Shown here: piece after piece, positions 46,446 through 59,219 of the stretch | Position numbering within the stretch: the stretch's first letter is position 1 | Layout of the letters: each line of letters opens with the position of its first letter | Assembly: GCF_022837055.1 (NCBI RefSeq) | Contig: NC_062566.1 | Location: 66,798,464 to 66,862,463 of the forward strand | Length of the DNA stretch: 64,000 bases | Source: Prionailurus viverrinus | Lineage: Eukaryota | Reading direction: 5' to 3' | Translations under genes and position numbers: made by a program | The notes under the pieces: generated by a model | What the model saw: the letters and a program-made list of their open reading frames with translations, nothing else | The model's database searches: none | Told to the model about the DNA's origin: nothing

Positions 46446-48568
46446 AAACAGGTAATATCTATTGAACAATCACTATATGCTTAAGCAGTGTTCTAAGCCC
46501 ACAAATTTATTATCTAATCTTCAAAGTGACGTACTATTCTTTTGAATCTGGCACTATTATTCTCATAAGATATTAAGACACTGAGATGTTAAGAAACTTG
46601 CCAAGGTTACATAGCTGTTAAGTGACAAAGGATTGGTTTGAACTCAGTTTCACTCCAGAATCTATGCATAATATACTATGCTACCTCAACATCTTTGACC
46701 TTTTAAAAAATTAAATCTGTAGCAACTTAGCAGCTGGCCACGAATCCACAAAGTTGAATTTTCAAAGATTCATATGTATGTCAAAGCTTCTCAGCTTCAA
46801 CATAAGCCTTACCACAAAAGAAAAATGTTGTCATCATCTGTTGTATATCCAGGACTTACAACACCCAAGGATTCCAAGCTGGGAAAGAAGTCAGACTCAG
46901 ATCTAGTTTTGGTCTCCTGAAACGTCATTGCTGCAAAAAGACATAGCCAAAAAAGACATAGTACTTTGGATTATTTGCATTTCCTGTATTTCTCCCTCAG
47001 ATGTACGCCATTCTCTGCTGAAGCATGCAGGCACAGATAAAAAGAATAGAAGCCTGTTCTGTGTAGGTTCAATTAATACAATACATGAATATAATAAAGT
47101 CAGAAAACACAGGGTAACAGGATCACCCTTAGAATCCAATTCTAGAAACAATAATCCCTAGTATTGAGTATATCCTTTCATAAAATTTCTGAAGTAAACA
47201 TAAGTATATGAAAATATTTAAGCATAAAAGGGATTAGGCACACTGCTCTATAATTTGTTTTTAACTCAATGTATCTTGAATATCCTTCCATTTCAAAAAA
47301 GGTAAACCTGTATCAGAACTTTTAAGTGACTACATAGTGTTGCATTTTATGATCCTGACAAAATTGACTGAACCAACTCTGAAATCCTTTTAATCTTATA
47401 TATAAATTAATAAAATAGTGATTAGTTAAAAACCGCAAAGTAAAGTGGGTGATAGAATTATACCAGTTATCAGTGCTTTTTCTGTAGTGTTTGAATGTTT
47501 ACACTGAGGAAGATTCTTGACCCTGGTTCTATCTATGTCAAGAAGATATCACAAAAGGTCAAAGCACACAACAAAGTGTTGTAGTATCAGATCTGTAATT
47601 CAAAGATTTAAGATTTACCTGGGACTGGGGGGCTAGATCCCAGTAAGAATTCCAAGAAGCAGAATTCAACTCCAGGGTTTTGCCCTAGCTTTAGTCTGCT
47701 CAGAGCATGTGTTTAATCAGGGTGATCAGCTGAAACACGGACTTAACATGCATTTCATCATGGCAAACTATAGGTGACTGATGAAGGGCAAACCACCACA
47801 GGCTCCCCGTCTCTAAACTAGGAGGACACTCTTAAGGTTAGAACTAAGGCTTTTTCAAACTACCAAATTCCAGCCACTAAGGACACTGAGCCCCAAAACT
47901 TACTAGATGATTAGAAATCCAAATCAAGTAAAAAGACTTTTCTTTTACATTTACCTCTGATATCAAATCCATCCGCTTCTATCTAGAAATTAGTTGAACC
48001 ACACGATCTACCAACTACCTGCATATCATCTTTCCAAATGCATCATCTCTGAAAAATAAAGAGTAAATAATAAAGGTTATGATTACAGGACTTGAATGCA
48101 TACCAGCCTACTCCCAAGCCACATCTCTATAGCCTCAAGGAAAATTAACCTCAAGGAAAACCATTCTTTGTATCAATCGCCAACCAGTAATATAAATTGA
48201 CCCATCTATTTGGAGAATGAATGGCATGAAGTGCCCAAATGCCCAAACTCAGTATCACATTAGGACAGGACTTCTTACACAAGCTCAGATTCTTGTATAA
48301 ATTTAAAAGTTTGGGTAAAACTGTACAATAAGTTTAACCAAACTCCAAAAGTTACATGTCCAGAGTCTCACAATAAGAGAACAGTATGGAAAAGGAAGGA
48401 GCCATGTGCTGGCTGCAACCAGAGCTTTGCAGTTATGGGAACAAATTCAGTGAGATGGGGCATAAATGACATGGGTTACTGCCAACCTTTCCAAGTCCAT
48501 AGGGTGTTCAACTACAGAAAATACTTGTAACCAGTCATTAGATTCACAAAATCCTTTAAAAAAAAAAA

Positions 48569-48569
<1 letters not shown>

Positions 48570-48612
<43 letters not shown>
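48570..48612 (+). repeat. (GAAA)n microsatellite of about 10 units
   Basis: The run reads aaagaaagaaagaaagaaagaaagaaagaaagaaagaaaa. Confidence 0.95.
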
Positions 48613-48628
48613 AAAAATAAGGAAACGA

Positions 48629-48847
48629 GGGGCGCCTGGGTGGCGCAGTCGGTTAAGCGTCCGACTTCAGCCAGGTCACGATCTCGCGGTCTGTGAGTTC
48701 GAGCCCTGCGTCAGGCTCTGGGCTGATGGCTCGGAGCCTGGAGCCTGTTTCCGATTCTGTGTCTCCCTCTCTCTCTGCCCCTCCCCCGTTCATGCTCTGT
48801 CTCTCTCTGTCCCAAAAATAAATAAAAACGTTGGAAAAAAATAAATA
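48629..48847 (+). mobile_element. Young CpG-intact SINEC copy. TSD aataaggaaa.
   Basis: It is nearly identical to the copy at 1586-1802 (with ...GCGGTCTGTGAGTTCGAGCCCTGCGTCAGG...). Confidence 0.9.
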
Positions 48848-48868
48848 AATAAGGAAAGGAAAAAAGGG

Positions 48869-49032
48869 CGCCTGAGTGGCTCAGTTAGTTAAGTATCTGA
48901 CTTCGGTTCAGGTCATGATCTCACGGTTTGTGAGTTCAAGTCCCGTGTCAGGCTCTGTGCTGACAGCTCAGAGCCTAGAGCCTGCTTCAGATTCTGTGTC
49001 TCCCTCTTTCTCTGCCCTTCCCCTGCTCATGC

Positions 49033-49068
<36 letters not shown>

Positions 49069-49090
49069 AAAAATGAACAAATTTTTTTTA
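48869..49090 (+). mobile_element. Can-SINE
   Basis: The head is GGGCGCCTGAGTGGCTCAGTTAGTTAAGTATCTGAC, and the tail contains (TCTG)n/(TC)n. Confidence 0.85.
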
Positions 49091-49147
49091 ATAAAAAGAA
49101 AAAAGAAGGAAAGAGCCAGGAACTCATAAAATAAATAAGGTAATCTT

Positions 49148-49245
49148 GGGCCCATGGCTTACTCAGTCAATAGAACATGGAACTTGATCTCAAGGTTTGA
49201 GTTCAAGCCCCATATTGGGCATGGAGCATACTTAAAAAAAGAGAG
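49148..49245 (+). mobile_element. Short tRNA-like Can-SINE head
   Basis: The sequence reads GGGCCCATGGCTTACTCAGTCAATAGAACATGGAACTTGATCTCAAGGTTTGAGTTCAAGCCCCATATTGGGC. Confidence 0.7.
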
Positions 49246-49761
49246 AGAGAGAAGGTAATCCAAAATAGTTAACTTTTTTCTCAAAGCATGTTTCAATTTC
49301 ATGAGACAATACTGATTGTATTTAACGTTTACTTTTGGTAAAAATTTATCACAACAAACTAAAGAAAACTTTCCTGACATAGCAAAATTGAATTAGCATC
49401 ATTTAGAACCCAAGGCAGCCACAAGATGGCAATATAAGAAAGCATAATTTCCTCTTCCAAGGCTTCAGTGTAATCTAACTTTCAGGTGAAAGCCTAGACA
49501 CAAAGCTCATCACTGCAGGCAATCTTCAGACTATTCCCTATTATTAACTAGAAAGTTTCTTGTATTATATTTAATGATAATCTAAAACTTACTAAAACTA
49601 TTATATTTTTATCATGTTCCTTTTCATACAGCAATGTGAAGATTTTAAAATCCATAACCTCAGATACAATCTAGTTAGAAATACAAGACTGATGCAGATT
49701 AATGTCCATGGGAAGTACCAAAAAGTGGTATAGCAAGGATTGTTAAAAATAAGAATCATTG

Positions 49762-49975
49762 GTCAGGATGCCTGGGTGGCTCAGTCGATTGAACGTCTGG
49801 CTTCAGCTCAGGTCATGATCTTGCAGTCTGTGAGTTTGAGCCCTGCATCGGGCTCTGTGTTGATAGCACAGAGCCTGGAGTCTACTTTGGATTCTGTGTC
49901 TCCCTCTCTCTCTGCCCCTCCCCCACTCATGCTCTGTCTCTCTCTGGGTCAAAAATAAACATTTTAAAAAGTTAA
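49762..49975 (+). mobile_element. Can-SINE
   Basis: The head is GGATGCCTGGGTGGCTCAGTCGATTGAACGTCTGGC. Confidence 0.85.
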
Positions 49976-50102
49976 AATAAATAAGAATCATTGGTCATAG
50001 TAGTCTTCATGAAGAAAAAAGTTATGTATCTTGAATGAGCCTTAAAATAATACCATATTGTATATTTGGAAGTTGCTAAGAAAGATCTTAAAAGTTATCA
50101 TA

Positions 50103-50290
50103 GGGTGCCTGGGTGCCTCAGTTAATTAAGTGGCCAACTCTTGATTTGAGCTCAGGTCATGATCAGTTTGTTGAGTTCGAGCCTAGCATTGGGCTCTGCA
50201 TTGACAGCACAGAGCCTTGCTTGTGAGTCTCCATCTCTCTGCCCCTCCCCCACTCACACTCTCTCTGCCTCTCTCAAAATAGATAAACTG
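50103..50290 (+). mobile_element. Can-SINE
   Basis: The head is GGGTGCCTGGGTGCCTCAGTTAATTAAGTGGCCAAC. Confidence 0.8.
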
Positions 50291-50309
50291 AAAAAAAATT
50301 TAAGTCAAG

Positions 50310-50535
50310 GGGCGCCTGGGTGGCTTAGTTGGTTAAGCACCTGACTTCAGCTCAGGTCATGATACCAAGGTTGGTGAGCTCAAGCCCCACATCAGGGCTC
50401 TGTGCTGACAGACAGCTCAGAGCTTGGAGCCTGCTTCAGATTCTATGTCTCCCTCTCTCTCTCTGACCCTCCCCACGCTCATGTTCTGTCTCTCTCTCTC
50501 TCTCTCTGTCTCCCAAAAATAAAATAACATTAAAA
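50310..50535 (+). mobile_element. Can-SINE
   Basis: The head is GGGGCGCCTGGGTGGCTTAGTTGGTTAAGCACCTGAC. Confidence 0.85.
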
Positions 50536-50805
50536 AAAATTAAATAATTCTCATCACAAGAAAAAAAAATTGCACTACCCAACAGGTAACACCACATACA
50601 GCTGTTAAATTTTAAATTAAATTCCTCAGTCACATTTTAATTGCTCAATAACCACGTGTGGCTAATGGTTACCATGCAGAATACAAATATAGAACACTTC
50701 CATCACAGAAAATTCTGTTGGATAGCAGTGCCTTAAAGGATGGGTATGACTAAAATAAGCTGACGGAAAGGGAAGTAGTATCTAACATTCTTAAAAATTC
50801 CTATT

Positions 50806-51010
50806 ATCTGGGGTCACCTGGGTGGCTCAGTAGGTTAAGCATCCAACTCTTGATTTCAGCTCAGGTCTTGATCTGATGGTCCCTGGGTTCAAGACCCATG
50901 TGAGGTTCCACACTGATAGTGCGAAGCATGCTTGGCATTCTCACTCTCTACCTACCCATCCCCTTCCCCTCTTGTGCATACACGGGTACACTCTCTCTCT
51001 CTCTCAAAAT
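50806..51010 (+). mobile_element. Can-SINE
   Basis: The head is GGGGTCACCTGGGTGGCTCAGTAGGTTAAGCATCCAAC. Confidence 0.8.
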
Positions 51011-51014
51011 ATTT

Positions 51015-51215
51015 TTTAATGTTTATTCATTTATTTTAAGAGAGAGAGAGTGAGAGAGCACGAGTGGGGGAGGGGCGGATCGTGAAAGGAGAGAGAAAAT
51101 CCCAAGCAAGCTCCCCAATGTCAGCACAGACCCCAACAATGGGCTCGATCCCAAGAACCATGAGCGCATGACCTGAGCCGAAATCAAGAGCCAGATGCTT
51201 AACCCAGGCACCCCA
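51015..51215 (-). mobile_element. Can-SINE (reverse orientation), tail-to-tail with the previous element
   Basis: The plus strand reads TTTTTAATGTTTATTCATTTATTTTAAGAGAGAGAGAGTGAGAGAGCACGAGTGGGGGAGGGG...CTTAACCCAGGCACCCC. Confidence 0.8.
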
Positions 51216-51357
51216 CAAAATAAATAAGCTTAAAACAAATTACTATTCTGTCAGAAACTTTAAAAACCATTTCACTCAAACTTTATTATCCCATATTTAT
51301 TGTTAAATTTGAGGCTTAGAGAAATTAAATTAACTAGCTATTAAGACCTAAGAATTA

Positions 51358-51525
51358 GGGACACCTGGGTGGCTGTCAGTTAAGCCTCCAGACATTTGAT
51401 TTCAGCTCCAGTCATGATCTCAAGAGTTCTGAGATCAAGCCCCACATCAGGCTCTGCAAGATGATGTGGAGCCTGCTTGCGATTCTCTCTCTGACCCTCC
51501 CCCCCTAAAATAAGTACATAAACAT
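51358..51525 (+). mobile_element. Can-SINE, diverged
   Basis: The head is GGGACACCTGGGTGGCTGTCAGTTAAGCCTCCAGAC. Confidence 0.75.
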
Positions 51526-52914
51526 TTTTTTTAAAGAGGATTTAAATTCAGTTCTGTCCACTTCACCATGCTTCTTCCTACAAGAAATAGGAAGCAGAGT
51601 TACAGAAGATGGTTGGTTTTAGCATATAATGAGAATGACATACTGGCTCAGTAGATCAGAAAGAAACTGAGGTGGTTTAAAGTACCTGAGAGATATAATC
51701 AAAGTGTTATTTTACTCCCATCTGACAGTTGAATAACACTTTAATTATTTAAGGCTGTTTTCAGATGAGCAGCATATTAGATTAACTAAGGGAACATAAG
51801 TAATAAGACATGAAGTGCAAGGTTTCTACAGTTCTACCAATGGCATTCTACCAATGAAGGCCATTTCATAATTACTAAGCATTTAGGGAACTCAAGTAAA
51901 TATTTTATAAATACCCCATAAACTACCAATGACCCACTCATTTTGTCCCCTGTGACAAGTAAAAGCTTCTAAGTACTGGTATTCATGGCCAAAACATACA
52001 TTTTATGTATGGGAACAGACGCTTCATGAAAACCTGATATAAACTACAAACTGATAATACCAAATCTGATTCTTCTAAGATGACAATTGCCTATTCAGTT
52101 CCATTCCAATTACTCAATGCCCACTGTGTGCCTAGCATTATGGGAATCAACAGTAATTTAAAGAACCTATCTTTCTGAGATAGAAAAGACACATAGACAT
52201 GGGACACAGAGAACACTTTAAGGCATTATCTTAGTCAAAGTTCAAGTACTTGCTTTATGGTCCCATCAGCCTTTAACCATTCCTACCGAGAATGTCCAAA
52301 TCCAAGCCTACTTGATTGATGTTACAGATGCTTTCACGGTGCCACTTCTGGGCTGGCACATAGGCTTTCGAAGACCCAGGCCTGCGTTCCTCCATGGATT
52401 CCATCTTCAAACTGAAGCAAAAGGAAAACACAAAATTCTGCATAGGAATTAAATGCTACACTGTCACTTGGCATAGTTCTCTTTTAGAGATAGCTCTATA
52501 AGGCACTACTATCAGAAAAGATTCCAAGTTTGTTTCTCACTCACTGTCAGCTATTTTAGCCCAAAATACCAATGGTTTTAACCTCAGTGCAAGCAGAATC
52601 CACTCAGAGCATATATAAAAGTGAGGAGCTCAGAAACACAGACGGGCCATGCAGCTCATACCAAAAGACAACTATTTCACCAGGGTCACAAATGAAATAC
52701 TACCTGAGGGCTTTGGATCACAACAGCAGGAAAGAATAACTTGAAATCAGAATACAAGAGCCAGTAAAAGTCTACTCTGTTAACTTGATATTTTATCTAT
52801 TTCATAATACTTTGCCTATCTCAGAATTTACAAAGCCCTTTCTATATATTGCCTCATTTTGCAAATATAGGTCATCTCCATCTTATAGGTCTGTAAGCAT
52901 GGTTTGGAGACTAA

Positions 52915-53120
52915 TGGCAGGCACCTTAGTGGTTAACATAATGGATCTTGAAGTCAGACAAAACTGGAGCTTGACTCCCCCACCTATTTGCAACTTTTCT
53001 AAGCCTTGGTTTCCCTTTCTGTAAAATGAGGACAAATACCACCCACCTCTTAGGACTGTTGTGAAGATTAAATGAGGTAAAATAAACATAAAATACTTTG
53101 CACAGTAGCTGACATGCAAC
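52915..53120 (+). mobile_element. MIR fragment
   Basis: The sequence reads ...CCTTGGTTTCCCTTTCTGTAAAATGAGGACAAATACCACCCACCTCTTAGGACTGTTGTGAAGATTAAATGAGGTAA.... Confidence 0.75.
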
Positions 53121-56100
53121 TAAATTGTTTAACGTGTTGTTTCTATTATTAAGTGTCCAAGCTCAACCAGCTAATGAGTAGGAATGGGGATATTCTGCCT
53201 AAAAATTTCACTTTCACAGTATCTTGAAGCCCAGAAAGTCACTCCCTAATGGGAGTGACACATCCCTAATAAGTCCACTTTCAAATCCAAGATACTCCTA
53301 ACTGGAAAACTAGAGGTTTCACAAGACATGATTTTAGCCTTTTATGACTTAAAAAAAAATAAAAAAGCTTTGGTGGAATTCCCAGAAGCCTTTGTTTTGC
53401 ATATTTTCATCCCAAAAAAACATTTCTGTTTTCCCTAACTTAATGCTAAAATATGAGTTTACTCACTCAACACTGTTATTTCAGGAAGATATCCAGCATG
53501 CATTCTGCTAAGTAAACACTGGAAACATGCTCCTTCTGCCCATGTGGTTTCTCTGGTTCATGTTGCCATTCCTTCTCAACATTAAATGTGTTCACAGCAA
53601 AATAAACCATCCCTTAAACTGAAGTGGGCAAAGATCCATTCACATAAAAGCCATCAGCGTGGTTTTGCTTTTGATAAAAAATCCTTTATTGCTCAATCAG
53701 GACATTTATGGTGTTGGTTGGTTTCCAGTTATCACCGTGTACAAAATAAATATAAGTAACAGGAAGCGGTGCATGTTTAGAGTCCTTATAAACTATATCA
53801 AACCCAACTGAACTGTGGCATGTGACAACTGACTTATATACAGGGTTATTCATTTTGGGGTAAACAAGACTGTAAACTACCTAAATGTTCACCAATAAAG
53901 CTTAAATTATGGTATGCACATACATTAGATTACTGTGTAACCATCATAAAGAATATGGATGTTCTTTATTCATTTGGAAATCTCAAGTGGGAAAAGATAC
54001 ATGGTAGAGTATGTAAGAGGGGAGGGTAAAATACATATATTTGCCTATACTTACATAAAATATCTCAGAAAGTATACATAAGAAACTGTTAATGCTGTTA
54101 CTGGGTAGAGAAATTAGGCGACGTAGGAGACTTCATGATACACGCTTTGATCCCTTTTTAATTTAACCATGTAACTATTACTTTCCAAAAAAATAACATT
54201 AATTTAACAATAAAGCATAAGAATTATAAGGATGTTGAGAAGTCTACAACATTCTATTACTAAATTCCATCCACTAGTTTATTTCTTTCACATCTTCTGC
54301 CTGGAAGAATAATGAACACATACATTGTATTCAAACTAATGTATATCAAGGAGGAAAAAAAAATGGGAATCCATTTACACTCAAAGTCACCAGGCAAGAC
54401 TTTTTATAAGAAAAAATATATCCAAAATAAATTTACTTCTTACTTCTAGAAGGTATATAACATTTATTATAATGCCTGGCCTTCGTATATTTTGATTTTC
54501 AACAGCGGGGCCTCATAGTGGCCCACTGAGTTACCCAAGGTCACTGGAGGAGTAAACTGTAGTGCTAGAATTTGATTTGGGCTTGTCCCGAGCTAAGGCC
54601 CCTGATTTTTTCTTTAATAGTTCTTAGGCTTTTTAGGGCACCCTCACTACAGTGGCGACATTAAAATTGGGAGCTCCTCTGAAGGCTCACTAAAATCATC
54701 TAACTTCAGAGTTTGCTGCCTAGGCTCACTAAGAAAGCTATAATGAATGCTCTGAGCAAAGACCAGGGAAAAAACAACATTCGCTACAGCTCCCACAAAC
54801 CCAGGGAGGGCCTGGGCTCTACAGACACGAGAGAAAATGTACTAGTCTGAACCTCTTCCCAAGGTCTACCCTCCGGCCAGGGAGATCTAAGTCAAAACAG
54901 CATCAGAATAACAACAATACCTGCCCCTCCAAGCAAAAGGAATCCAGGTATTTTCCAGGAACATGGGGACTCTGTACATGAAGCAGAGTCCGTTGTTTCT
55001 GGGTCACCAGGTCTCGGGGAAGGAAGGCAGACCCAGTGCTGCAGAGGCCCACGTGGAAATAAGCCAGGCAGAGCATTTCACTGCCTTCTCCCAATCTCCA
55101 CACAGCCGAAATTAATCGCCTTGTGACTCACACACACTCTAATGTTTGCTTGAAAAAAAGGCCTGCCATCAGGATACAGGGCTCAAATGGAAAAGAAATT
55201 CAGAATAATCAGGGAGCAAAATTAAGTGCATACTCACCAGCCCACCACCAAATCGGAGAGACTAAGTGGAGAGACAGGAAGTGGCTTTGAGAAGTGGCCT
55301 CAGAGTCTGATTGGCTAATGAGTTAAAAGCAGACTCCCTCCTCCTTTACCTTAAAAGGTACCGAAATGATACAACCCCCCCCCCCTTCACCTACTTGTCT
55401 ACTTGTGTCTTTATAGAACAGTGATGCTACTTGCACTATTTTTAGAATGACCTTTTTAAACCAAGTTTCCTTTTGAGTTCAAGTACTTAACACAAGCAAA
55501 CATAGGCTAATTCAAGCTATTTATACACATGCTTGTTTAGATGGCCCTACTGTAAACAATTTTGTTCCTTTAGGATAATTTCCTAACCTTTGGACTTCAA
55601 TAGGGTTAATTTATGCAAAGTAACAGGTTTCATTATAAACAGTCTAGATCCATTCAAATTAGAACTTACCTTCAGGGTAATATTCCAGTTAACAAGCCGA
55701 GTGACTAAAAGATGGGTGTGGTTAAGCGTTTAGGCTTTGAAAATGTAGTTGTATAAACCAACCTTATTAAACTAACCCTTATCTTGGTAGCTCTTTCTTC
55801 ACCAGTTTCTACTACTAGTTCAAAGCCCTTTGTCTTTTGTCAATTCTTCACAAATTTGTCTCTTTGACTAAAAGTTTAAAAGTTTCCTACTCTGGTCACT
55901 TCTTCATTCTGTGAAGGTTCCCACGTACGTACATGTGAAAATTCAATAAAACTTGTATGTTTTCCCCCTGTTAATTTTTGTCAGTTCAATTTTCAGATCC
56001 TGCCAGGGACTCTAAGAAGGTTAAGGAAAACTTTTTCCTCCTTTAGAGTAGCAAATGAAAATCTCTATTTCAAGGTGCGGAACAGGGATATTCTGAGACA

Positions 56101-59004
56101 TTTCACATAAATTGTGATAGTTTCCAAGACATTTTCTAGCTGCACAATCTGGAATAAATTTCTTAAACTCTCTGAGACTCAATTTTCTCCTCTGTACCAT
56201 GGGGAAAGTAATACCTCCCTCCCTAACATATATACAAATATATGAAAGAGTCTAACAAAATGACTGGTCATAGTATATGGTCAATTCATGTTCTCCTTCC
56301 TTCCTTGCTCATCCTTCATTCTTATATAGAGAGGAAATGAAAAAGTAAATAACTGCTTGCAGGACGTTACTTATAAACTTCTATTTGTTTACACATCATA
56401 CAATTCTTTCAAGATATAAGAAATCAATGGAAATTAGTTTTTGCTCCTAAATTCTGTGATTACAGACCTACACTCACTCATAATGTCCTGCTTCTTAAAG
56501 TAACAAGATTACATTGCAGATTTTCTTCTTCTCCAGTGAGTGATATTAGCGGATCATTTTGGAACCCCAGAAAGATGAGTATAAGGCTCTCTGAAATCAC
56601 TGTGGAAAAAAAAACTACTTTAGTAAAGAACTTTAGAATACCAAGATGACATATAAAGGCAGAGATGCACGGACCCTACATGCTTCAAGGGTGGATAGGA
56701 AAGGCTGCCCAGTCTCTAACGTGAATTCAGGAGAAGGGAATGCTCCTCCCTGAAGCCGTAAGTATTTTTAGAGAATTCTGGGGAAGAGAGAGGCTTGTTG
56801 TTCTTAGTAAGGCACTGGGAAACAACAATCTCCCCATCCTCCACACACACTCTAAATTTGTGGAAGAGTTCATGTCAGTTACATATCTATAGTTACCAAA
56901 TGATATAAAGATTATACAGTATCACAGATTTAGCCCATTATCCCAATTCCTGCTGTACCATTATAAACAAAAACAAAAGCAAAAGAAAGCAAACAAGTTT
57001 CCCCCCAAATCACCCTTTTTCAGAAACCTCCTTTCTCAGCTCCCTCTGTAGTCACCTCTGTGGCAGCTACTCTGTTCATCTCTTTTGCTCCACTTAATAT
57101 TTCTCTTCATCTCTTCCCCACTTCCATTCTTCCATAGGATATATTTTACAAGAAGTCCTTGACCATGAGACACTCCCGGGTCCCTTTGCTGTAATCACAA
57201 TCCTTCACCAGGCTTTTCAGCTGGTTCCTTCCTTCTTCTCTGGACCTATAATTCCTTCCCCTTCCCACTTTATCCCATCAGTAGCCCTGCTGATACGTCT
57301 TCTCTTTCTTCCGCATTGGTCAGGCTCTGCGGGTCTTCTGAAACCTTGCTACTATTTCATTTCCCAAAAGTTGAACAAATTTATGATGCCACAGCAATAT
57401 GAATATTGCTGGCATGTCCATGGAAAGCATACAAAAAATATCTTAACGATTACAAGTCCGAGCAGTAAACTCACACTTACATTGTGCAAATACGACTGTT
57501 AAAATTTTTTATCCTTCTTTTTCCACTTTCTTTTCCTCCTTCTCTCTCTTCCTCTTCACTTTTCTTCTGCTCCTGCTATTTCTCCCTATATATTTTATAG
57601 ATTCTGGGATTTCAGAATTTTTTTTTAGATACTACTTCTATTCCTTCTCAGAACCCAAATAAAGAAAATAAAATCATACTTATTTCTAGATTGTTTCAGC
57701 CATTTGAGGTTTGCATGATCTTATGTATGAACTAAAAGATTCTTATCTGGACATGGGAACTAGTTACCCAGTCCAGTGGGATGCAAACCTCAACTAGTCA
57801 TTAGGAAGAGTCCTTTTCTATTTTAAAGAAGTATCTGTTTAATCTTGGGTATCACAAATCCATTTTTCACGCACTTTACTTTTTGAAATATGTAGACTTC
57901 CCCCGAAATTATGTACCTTTTATGTCTAGCTTGATTAATCAAATTTTTCCTGTCATTATGACCTGATAAAAAATGTAAATACATCTTAGGAACATCACAT
58001 TATAATCAGTAATACTACCTAAAATATTCACTTACCAGGATATGAAGTCTTGATTTGCAGTTGGCTCTTCTCTTTAATTACAGTTGTCTTGACTAATTCA
58101 TCCTTTTTTTCCATCATTTTTTCCTTAATGTATCTTCAATGTAATATGACAATTTTAAGTGCACAGAAAACTAGAGAAAAGAATATGATGGACATCTCTA
58201 CACAGATTACCTACATTTAACAATTGTCTGTATTGTACAATATTTGCTTCATTTGATTATTTTGGTTGAAGTATTTCAAAGCAAATTCCAGATATCATGA
58301 CATTTCACCCCTAATTCATTTTTTAAAGGAACTTTTTAAAAATCATAGCTACAATACCATTACCACATCTATATAAATAATCCCCTAAAATCATCTAATA
58401 TTCAGTTCATATCTGCATACCCTCTTGCTCCCAAAAGGATTTTTATTGTTGGCTTGTTTAAACCAGCATCCAAATACCAAACACTGCCTTTGGTTGTTAT
58501 GCTTGAAAAGTCTCTTTTAATTTAGAACAGTGCCAATCTTATTCTTTTATTCTTATAACAATAACTTGAAGAGAACAGGCCGATTGTCCTGTAGAATACT
58601 AATACTAATACTTTGCATTTTTATGCCATGTGAGCCTGAAAAATTTTTCCACGTCCTTGCATTTCATATTTGCAGTTTATTCATATCTTTTGTTCAGTTA
58701 TCCACAGAAAATTTTGTTTCTCTTATGACTATTAGATAGCTCTTTATGTGTTAAGTACATTGAATTCAAATTTTAAACACTGTAGCTTTCCATTGGGCAT
58801 TTTCTAAAATTCTTTCATTTTCTTTTTTAAGAATCAATAGGCAAATGTATTATTTTCCTCTGTTTTCTTGTTTTGTTTAAGACCTAAGAAAATTCTCATT
58901 CACCACACATTTGTTAAATAGTTTCTTCTAGTTATCAGTGACATGTTTTAATACTGTTTTGGTTATGTTTACTTTGTGTCTGACTATAAAAAGTTATATC
59001 TTCA

Positions 59005-59219
59005 GGGCATCTGGGTGGCTCATTCGGTTGGGCTTCCGACTTCGGCTCAGGTCATGATCTCATGGTTCATGGGTTCAAGCCCCGCATTGGGCTCTGTGCT
59101 GACAGCTTGGAGCCTGGAGCCTGTTTGGGATTCTGTGTCTCTTTCTCTCTCTGTCCTTCCCCTATTCGTGCTCTGTTTCTGTCTCTTAAAAATAAATAAA
59201 ACATTAAAAAATTTTTTTT
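59005..59219 (+). mobile_element. Can-SINE. Perfect 15-bp TSD aaagttatatcttca at 58990-59004 and 59220-59234.
   Basis: The head is GGGCATCTGGGTGGCTCATTCGGTTGGGCTTCCGAC. Confidence 0.9.
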
